This document shows positions 1-6,353 of a stretch of 6,849 nt of DNA, one piece after another. Position 1 is the first letter of the stretch, and each line of letters starts with the position of its first letter. The DNA is from Amoeboradix gromovi X-113 (Eukaryota; Fungi; Sanchytriomycota), in NCBI GenBank assembly GCA_018985225.1, contig JADGIF010000545.1, positions 1-6,849 on the forward strand. Direction: 5' to 3'. Under the pieces are notes generated by a model. That model worked only from the letters and a program-made list of their open reading frames with translations. It did no database searches and was not told the origin of the DNA. The translations under genes and the position numbers were made by a program.

Positions 1-128
1 AACATATAGAGGATATTAAACGATGACTCAGTGCTATTTCTTAGGGCTTCCAGGCACCCTTTGTATTAAAGACATTGGAACTATAGACACATGGTAGCAA
101 AGATTATAAACTTGAAATACAATCATCT

Positions 129-153
129 GGGACACCAAATATAAAAACTAGAC
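129..153 (+). repeat. Left terminal inverted repeat
   Basis: 25 bp, two mismatches to the reverse complement of 789-813; preceded by ATCT. Confidence 0.9.
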
Positions 154-190
154 GAAGTCGTTTTTAAAGGAAGTGCACCATACGGAGGAA
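129..190 (-). ncRNA. Candidate omegaRNA scaffold at the element end downstream of the Fanzor-like remnant (5' boundary unknown)
   Basis: Minus strand folds by eye: UAAAAAC(166-160)/GUUUUUA(148-142), inner GAC-UUC-GUC (159-151), outer GG(U)GCACU(179-172)/GGUGUCC(136-130). It overlaps the ORF end and abuts the flank, as in known OMEGA loci. No expression data. Confidence 0.4.
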
Positions 191-498
191 ATCATTAATA
201 AAAGATCTTCTACTATACCAATTTTCTTTCATTACTTTCAATCCCCTCTTCATAATAAAACTAGAAGAACCTACATCTCTTTCAAATATATGAGGTCTTT
301 GAGCATCTAAGCAAAGGTGCATTTTCTTAGACGGTACTCTTTTCTAGAGTCATTTTGTAATGATATACTAACATCATTACTCTTATCTATTCCATTCTCA
401 CAGACACTACATTTCTTTGAAGTGTAATCTATGGACAGTCTCCCTGACTCTTGTCCTGCCAGTTCATTATGAATAGTTCTTAAATGAAAATATATCCT
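164..498 (-). pseudogene. C-terminal remnant of a TnpB/Fanzor-like nuclease (zinc finger plus RuvC-III region), frameshifted and 5'-truncated
   Basis: Manual minus-strand translation: 498-316 RIYFHLRTIHNELAGQESGRLSIDYTSKKCSVCENGIDKSNDVSISLQNDSRKEYRLRKCT; one base missing at about 314-315; then 313-164 CLDAQRPHIFERDVGSSSFIMKRGLKVMKENWYSRRSFINDFLRMVHFL*. The order TSxxCxxC - CxxC - RDxxxxxxI matches the TnpB/Fanzor C-terminal signature. Confidence 0.72.
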
Positions 499-588
499 AT
501 TATGAATTAGTATTATGAATTAGTATTATGAATTAGTATTATTAATTAGTATTATTAATTAGTATTATTAATTAGTATTATGAATCAG
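498..588. repeat. 13-bp minisatellite, 7 tandem copies
   Basis: TATTATGAATTAG x3 (498-536), TATTATTAATTAG x3 (537-575), TATTATGAATCAG (576-588); no spacers. Confidence 0.97.
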
Positions 589-788
589 AGGTCTATTTGA
601 AATAAAGATTGGATAAAAGAGTAAGAGAACAGCTGTACAGAATATTTATTTTTGAAATTTCGATACAAAAAGTTATTTATTTTCCTTTTATACTCGTCAA
701 CTCCTCAACTAGCTGAATGTCCACTCGTCTCTTAAATCCATAAAATTAATAAAGCTGAATTATTGTTACAAGTTGTTACAGAAAGTTA

Positions 789-813
789 GTCCAGTTTTTA
801 TATTTGATGTCCC
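789..813 (-). repeat. Right terminal inverted repeat
   Basis: GTCCAGTTTTTATATTTGATGTCCC followed by ATCT; a TTGTTACA duplication (763-770, 773-780) lies just inside it. Confidence 0.9.
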
Positions 814-965
814 ATCTGTTTTTCCCTTCCTATGGCTTCGGTAGCATCAGTCGCTAGTGTAAGGATGTGGCAGATGCACTGGAGTTTTCAGTTTACTTTT
901 GGAAACTTCGAAGTCCCGGAGATCAAGACTCTTCATGTGGAAATCTAGAAATGTAGCATTTTTAT

Positions 966-1579
966 TTACTGTTTACGAAGTTGTTCTAGTCTTTTCTCGA
1001 GGTCTGCATCAACAGCCTGTACAGGAGCAACTGGAGCCTAAATTATATGAAAAGTACAGCTTGAGATACGCCGATTCCAATTTCATCCAGTACTTGATTA
1101 ACAAGATCATCGGTTTCCTCTTCCTCATCCTCACCCATTTCTTCAAAATTATCATTCATCATTTCCTGCTTCATATCTAAAATTTCACTTTCTTGTTCAA
1201 ATTGCTGCATAATTTTAGCGATTTGTGGTAGTTTCATTCGCTTGTTCATTAATTTCATAGTTCCTGATACTCCCTTCATAGCTTCAGCCATTTGAGCATT
1301 AGAACTTAAGGTTTGAATTTTAAGCCCTACTGCTTGCATTTGAGTTCTCATTTCGTATAGCTTTGTGATATGGTGCCTAGTTTTAATTATATCTTTGGCC
1401 ATTATCCTACATGCATTCATGTTTTGCTTTGCCATAATCTTGACATCTGCCGTTAACTTCTTCTCTTGCTGCTCTAACTTCTGCCTTTCGCGATCGATAT
1501 CTCTAACCGCCCTGTCTATAGATCGCTTATGTTGCCTCAACACTTCTTGAGGTGTTTTTCTGGGAGCGAAAATATTCAT
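966..1579 (-). CDS. VPS2: ESCRT-III subunit Vps2/Did4/CHMP2A (Snf7 family), 197 aa, join(1579..1058, 1037..966)
   Basis: MNIFAPRKTPQEVLRQHKRSIDRAVRDIDRERQKLEQQEKK...RIMAKD...QAVGLKIQTL...MAEAMKGV...KLPQIAKIMQQFE...DMKQEMMND...QVLDEIG follows CHMP2A/Did4 closely. The ATG at 1579 matches the family N-terminus. Splicing out 1038-1057 adds APVAPVQAVDADLEKRLEQLRKQ*, the expected C-terminal MIM1 motif. Confidence 0.95.
1038..1057 (-). other. 20-nt GT-AG spliceosomal intron in VPS2
   Basis: Minus strand GTACTTTTCATATAATTTAG, phase 0, contains the in-frame TAA that ends the unspliced ORF; removal restores the conserved C-terminus. An alternative donor 12 nt upstream (32-nt intron) is also in frame. 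Confidence 0.8.
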
Positions 1580-2336
1580 GTCGCAAGGTATGGGACACAC
1601 CTTGCAAAAATGCCCAATCACACCTCGGGGACTCTCCGTGCGATACTGTCTCATGATAACCCGCACAAGCTCTAGTTACTAACTTGTGTCTTCTTGTTTG
1701 ATCAAAGAATGTTTACGACATTTTCTAAGTTAATAGTGGTGTTCTCCTAAATCAATAACTTTTGCATTGTTTGTATTTCCAAAATTGTGGATGAACTATC
1801 AATAGTGAATGTTGGGTGTCTGCTTCCCCAGTAAATAACTTCGTCGTTTATTGCGATTGTGGCATACATCAGGGACTCACATCGTTTCTGTTTCTAAATC
1901 ATTCGTAACAATCGCACATATATTTCTCGAATTCAAAGAGATTCCATCACCTTTGACATGAAAGCCAAGAGTCGGTTAGTAGGGTTGCTTGAGAGTTTCT
2001 TGTTCTTGTGCATATAAAAGCTCAGGAACAGGCTGGTTTTCCCTTGTGGCGGAGCAGAACCCCGGAGCTATTTTTTCTGGTGCTAATAATGATTACCACG
2101 TCAGTGGTACTGTAAGTAACATTGTGTGTAATAGATTTTGAAGTAATTTTTTTTATTGTTTTCTCTTTTATTCTGTCCAGTTTGTTTATGACGGAACATA
2201 TTGTGCTTGTTTTATATTGCAAAAATGACATTTTCGTGGACCAAACCTCCGAAAAAGACAAAATATCGTTCGGGGACATTGTTCGCACGCTTGTGAAGAC
2301 TGTTCTGAAAATATTCATAGATCTAATGATTTTATT

Positions 2337-3281
2337 TTAATATTCGTCCAAATTCTCATCAGTATATCTTCTATAGCCTTGTAATTGTTTTTCACTAACA
2401 AACGACATTTCGTCATGCTGATAACCGTCAAATAGTCCAGGGTTTTCTGTCTTCAATGCAGCAACGCAGTCTTGAACGTCCTGAGTTAAATCGTAACAAT
2501 GAAATATCCAGCCAAATACTTCCTTAATTCCCAGCAACTGAATGTCTCTATCATTGCTTTCATATCTTCCAATTCTTAACCCATTTAGTTGATTCAAAAC
2601 GAATGCCCCAGATCTATCATCCAGATGCAAAGTGTTTGAGGCATCACGAGCAGCATCAAAAGTTTTTTCGATAGCCTTGATATGGATTTTGGGCAATCTG
2701 ACCGAAGAAGTGATTTGTTCATGGGTAATTAAGTCTTTAAAATAATGCTTGACATCGAATACTGTTAACATAGTTTCCCCTCTACTTCTATTAGACATCG
2801 TCCAGGCATACAAATCAGCATGTTTTGACAAGTAAGTCAGAAATTCGATAGTGAATGGACGCATTTTAACATACTGAGTTTCGTTTTCTCTAATTGGATT
2901 GAAGAATTCAATTTTTTCACCTTTTTCATCAATGGGGCGATTAAAGAACGTTTCATCCAGATCCAGAAAAATGGTCAACTTTTTGTCAACAGATTTTTTT
3001 CGAAGCTTTATAGGCGGCATATCATTATAAATCTTGACAAACTCGCTCTGCCTTCTAGGATTTGAGCAAATCTCGTCTATTTGAATATCGTTCCGCCAAC
3101 GGTAATTGTTACTAGCACCAATAAGAGCTTCATTTAACAGTGGAAGTTGAAAATCCAGAGGATCTCCTGTATCTATTGGCTTACAGCTCAAAAAGTTGTT
3201 TTGAAGTCGTGTAGGACTGCAGGCTTTCCACTTCCCAGAATTCTCAACATAATTAGCGACTAAGGAGGAAATAAATAACAT
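2337..3281 (-). CDS. FCP1/SCP (NIF-domain, HAD superfamily) CTD-phosphatase-like protein, 314 aa
   Basis: Intact ORF with KLTIFLDLDETF (DxDxT motif I), YVKMRPFTIEFL, LYAWTMS (motif II T), and RDASNTLHLDD...NGLRI...DRDIQL, collinear with SCP phosphatases but divergent. Confidence 0.9.
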   Translation of the reverse strand: MLFISSLVANYVENSGKWKACSPTRLQNNFLSCKPIDTGDPLDFQLPLLNEALIGASNNYRWRNDIQIDEICSNPRRQSEFVKIYNDMPPIKLRKKSVDKKLTIFLDLDETFFNRPIDEKGEKIEFFNPIRENETQYVKMRPFTIEFLTYLSKHADLYAWTMSNRSRGETMLTVFDVKHYFKDLITHEQITSSVRLPKIHIKAIEKTFDAARDASNTLHLDDRSGAFVLNQLNGLRIGRYESNDRDIQLLGIKEVFGWIFHCYDLTQDVQDCVAALKTENPGLFDGYQHDEMSFVSEKQLQGYRRYTDENLDEY

Positions 3282-3706
3282 TGTTATTCTGATGATGGAT
3301 TGTTATTTAAATGAAAACATAGCGCAATTATGTCAAATGATGTAAATCATTGCAAAAGAATGACGAATAATGTTAACACATTAGTAATTTCGATGTGTAA
3401 GTTAAACAACATTATTTGAGGAACATCATATACCGAAACCACATCTAGAATGTGAAAGAAATCCTTATTAAATGCAGTTAATTATTTAAGGAGCGAAACG
3501 GAAACGATGAGTTTAATTTATTTGGTTTTTGTTTATTCCGGTGGCCCGGCTCATGGTAAATACACATCTGTGCAAAAATCAAATTTTACTAGGGATACAG
3601 TCCCTTTACCAAATCTCTCAAATGTACTCGGTACTTCAACTTCGTTATGTTTCCTTCTTTTGGCATTGTAGCATATTGATAGGGAGTTGTTTATAAATAA
3701 ACTGTA

Positions 3707-3730
3707 GGGACACCCACTGTAAAAACGAGA
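3707..3730 (+). repeat. Diverged third copy of the TIR (probable end of a related element; partner not found)
   Basis: GGGACACCCACTGTAAAAACGAGA versus GGGACACCAAATATAAAAACTAGA (129-152): 20/24 identical, ungapped, same GGG terminus. Confidence 0.7.
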
Positions 3731-3869
3731 GCAACTCAAAATTCCTTGAAATTACAAAATAATACTTTTCTGAAACTTTAAAGAGAAATCTATCCGAAAA
3801 TCCCAGTTTAAAGTTGGTGTGACCACCGTGTATGATTATATTTGATCTTTAAATTATTATTGCAAAACA

Positions 3870-4016
3870 AATGTAATAACTAGACCAACTACACTTGACC
3901 AATAATATTCGTTTAAAATGTACATTCGAATGTAATAACTAGACTAAATAAATCAACCAATAATATTTGTGTAAAAATCCATTTCGAATGTTAAAATTAG
4001 ATCAACTGTTTATTGA
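3870..4016. repeat. Imperfect tandem repeat, period 58-59 bp, about 2.5 copies
   Basis: Units start at 3870 (AATGTAATAACTAGACCAACT...ACCAATAATATT...TTCG), 3929 (AATGTAATAACTAGACTAAAT...ACCAATAATATT...TTCG) and 3987 (AATGTTAAAATTAGATCAACT, degenerate). Confidence 0.85.
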
Positions 4017-4374
4017 AAAGATAAAATTCCGTGTTGGATTAAAGTATTGTATACTTCTCTTACAATCTCTTTCGTGTACTTGAAATCCTTACCAATATCA
4101 GCTTCTGAAATCTCTTGAAAATGTACACTTTTTGTTTCAATGGTATACTTATCAAAATTATGTATAGTTTTTGCACTGCTTTTACCAATATATCTTACAA
4201 TTGATATTGCAACATTTAAATACTCATCCTCTTTAATTCTTAAATTTTGACAGAATTGGGTGATATAGGTTTTATTCAGTTCTAATGTACTATTGAATTT
4301 TGTATCAAATGAACATTTTAATCCAGCTAATTTTCAAGATAATCTACCATTTCAAGATTAAATTTTAATGACAT
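4010..4374 (-). pseudogene. Probable disrupted gene of unknown function (107-codon stop-free frame 4333-4010)
   Basis: KLAGLKCSFDTKFNSTLELNKTYITQFCQNLRIKEDEYLNVAISIVRYIGKSSAKTIHNFDKYTIETKSVHFQEISEADIGKDFKYTKEIVREVYNTLIQHGILSFQ*, with no in-frame ATG. One extra A in the run at 4331-4334 would join it to ATG 4374 (MSLKFNLEMVDYLE). Confidence 0.5.
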
Positions 4375-4646
4375 TCTTTCTATTTATACTATTATTCCTT
4401 CAAGTTGATTTGCTACCATCATTTGAAACCTAAAAGAACCGTGGTGAGTGGTGCGAGAGGTGAATGTTTCACAAGAAAAATCGATGATTGGTAGAATATT
4501 GAAAGTCTTGCTGTAAAGTAACGTAAACGTCAAATAAAATGACAACCCATTCTATTGGATCTTATTCACGCTGCTGTAAAGTATTGGCTACAAACCAATT
4601 ACGTACTCCTTTTTTACTATAAATAGAGAGCAATTCTCTTTTTTGT

Positions 4647-5894
4647 ATGTCTCAAAATCCATTCCATTCACAAGATTCACTGTTTCGGTTTGATATAAAT
4701 GGGAATTTAGTAGTCAATTTCAATGAATTAAATTCTAGTCAACCCAATGAACCAATAAATGAACAAGATGACACAATTGAACCAATTATTGACGTACAAG
4801 TGTGGTTACAGAAATGTAATACTATTATTTGCTGTACATCGAGATGTATAAATCAAATCCAGTCAGATGAATTATCAAATTTCAAAGAAAAATTCCAACC
4901 AATGGAAAAACAGGAATAAGAATTATTTATCAAAAGAATATTAGTTTCTTGTCAAAAGGAACAGCATGCCAATAGAAAAGTGTTTGAATACAATGTATTT
5001 CCAATTGGCAAGTTGTGTCGAAAGGCATTTTGTCACCTTATTTCTATGTCCAATCAAAAGTTGCAAATGTTATTACAAGTATGGAAATCAAGTGGACCAG
5101 TAGAATTCATGGAAACAAGGACAAGGTATTTTTACATGCATTTACTTTTGAACGAAAGGAAAGTATATTAAATTGGATAAAGACATTTGCAAATGACAAT
5201 GGAGAACCAAGACCTGGAAGAATGTACATTCGTGTATCGTGAGGATCAAGGCAGAAAGGCAAGTAATAATGTAGCAACGTTATTACTGGATTATATTTAT
5301 TGTTTACCAAAGGAACAACGAGTGAATTTGGTATTGCATGCCGACAATTGCGTAGGACAAAACAAGAATAACACCATTATTAAATTGTTCAGTTGGATGT
5401 GTTTATTAGGAATATGTGACACTATTGAATTCAAGTTTATGATGAAAGGTCACACGAAATTTAGTCCAGATAGTGGCTTTGGTCACATCAAAAAGAAATA
5501 TGCAAGAGAAAATGTATTTGATTTCGACCAAGTTAAAAATATTATTGAAACATCTTCTGTAACCAATGAATGCAAGATATTTCCTAGTCACAGATTCAAA
5601 GACTATCGTACAGAATTAGATTTGATATTCAATGACATCTCAGGAATTGCAAAGTATCACGTCTTTAAATTTAAATCTGATTGTCCTGGTATTGTCTTTT
5701 GTAAAAAACAAGTCAATGACCTTGCATTTGTGAAATTCGATACTATTATTGAAGATGACTTGAGTCAAAATGACTACTTGTTTACACCTGAATCTTTAAT
5801 TCCAACGGTGTTGTCGGAAAGAAAGAAACGAGACCTTGTTCGTGTGTTACGTTACATTCCTGAGGAATTTCATGCATTTTATAATGGTGATTGA
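4647..5894 (+). pseudogene. Disrupted Sola-like (DUF7869-type, RNase H-fold DDD) transposase
   Basis: The four listed ORFs join into one protein: N-terminal CC...C region; premature TAA 4917-4919; same frame LCRKAF; frameshift near 5100 to RIHGN...WIKTFANDNGEPRPGR; jump near 5221 to YREDQGRKASNNVATLL...LHADNCVGQNKN...FMMKGHTKFSPDSGFGHIK. DNCxGQNKN and GHTxxxxDxxF are signature motifs of this family. Confidence 0.85.
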
Positions 5895-6114
5895 AACTTA
5901 GTAAATTATTATTTAAAATTTAAAAATTTCTAAAAATAAAATATTTATTTTAAAAGTAAATAGTAATTACATAAAAGTAAATAGAAAGGAAGTAATCTAT
6001 TTAACACTTGTATGTTGTACTATTCATACTATTTTAGATTTTCATTTAGTTTTACACCAATCAAAGTACTTTGTTTTTCTTCGAAAACCACACCCCTCCC
6101 CCAGTCAAAACAGA

Positions 6115-6353
6115 TGACGTCTGTTTTACGAAAAATTGAACTTCCTATTCCAACAGCAACTTATGACTTGATTAAAAGATTTTCAGATAGGAACCCCAAC
6201 ATCGAAGGTAAATTAGGAAGAGCAACTACACAAGGCGCGAATGGAAATTTTATAGTTGATGGTACTGAATTGTTAGAATGCCTTCTGTGTTCAAGATACA
6301 ATGATGAGGAAAGAAAGAATACAATGCTCTATTGGATGAAGTTTGCGATATAA
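6115..6353 (+). other. Possible coding remnant of unknown function (3' part of listed ORF 6012-6353)
   Basis: PIPTATYDLIKRFSDRNPNIEGKLGRATTQGANGNFIVDGTELLECLL looks protein-like, whereas the 5' part of the ORF is AT-rich low-complexity sequence. No family recognised. Confidence 0.25.

Larger units (their letters stand above)
129..813. mobile_element. Non-autonomous TIR DNA transposon (685 bp) with 4-bp TSD, Sola-like termini, carrying a Fanzor/TnpB-like remnant
   Basis: Left end 129-153 GGGACACCAAATATAAAAACTAGAC; reverse complement of 789-813 GGGACATCAAATATAAAAACTGGAC (23/25 identical). ATCT directly flanks both ends (125-128 and 814-817). No transposase inside. 4-bp TSDs, and GRG...CYC termini for Sola2, are described for the Sola superfamily; that assignment is inference. 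Confidence 0.9.

Noticed and set aside
498-588. CRISPR-like array
   Set aside because: Units are head-to-tail with no spacers, only 13 bp long, and in a eukaryotic context.
899-1550. Plus-strand ORFs 899-1180 and 1365-1550
   Set aside because: Largely antisense shadows of VPS2 with no recognisable features.
1580-1666. 29-aa N-terminal extension of Vps2 from the GTG at 1666
   Set aside because: Family similarity starts at ATG 1579; the extension has a non-ATG start and no homology.
1583-1672. Canonical U4 snRNA
   Set aside because: Partial resemblance only: it lacks the UGCUA-type stem I segment and the central domain, and the kink-turn is marginal. Kept only as an unexplained structured segment.
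1680-1760. Second Fanzor remnant (HY*LRKCRKH on the minus strand)
   Set aside because: No upstream TSxxCxxC and no RD motif; a four-residue match is insufficient.
2122-2340. 72-aa hydrophobic plus-strand ORF
   Set aside because: TTG start, T-rich compositional artefact, antisense to another ORF.
1880-3509. 14/15 inverted match between 1880-1894 and 3495-3509 bracketing the phosphatase
   Set aside because: Short, does not extend, no TSD; plausible by chance in a window this size.
3551-3739. 62-aa minus-strand ORF
   Set aside because: TTG start, runs across the TIR at 3707, no recognisable motif.
4917-4919. TAA reassigned to Gln (non-standard code) or programmed recoding of the transposase
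   Set aside because: VPS2 and the phosphatase end in TAA and have no internal TAR codons in their exons; the transposase has several independent lesions, consistent with decay.
5107-5591. Minus-strand ORFs 5107-5310 and 5406-5591
   Set aside because: Antisense shadows of the transposase.
5951-5984. 13-bp direct repeat TAAAAGTAAATAG (5951-5963, 5972-5984)
   Set aside because: Local duplication in extremely AT-rich sequence with no supporting context.
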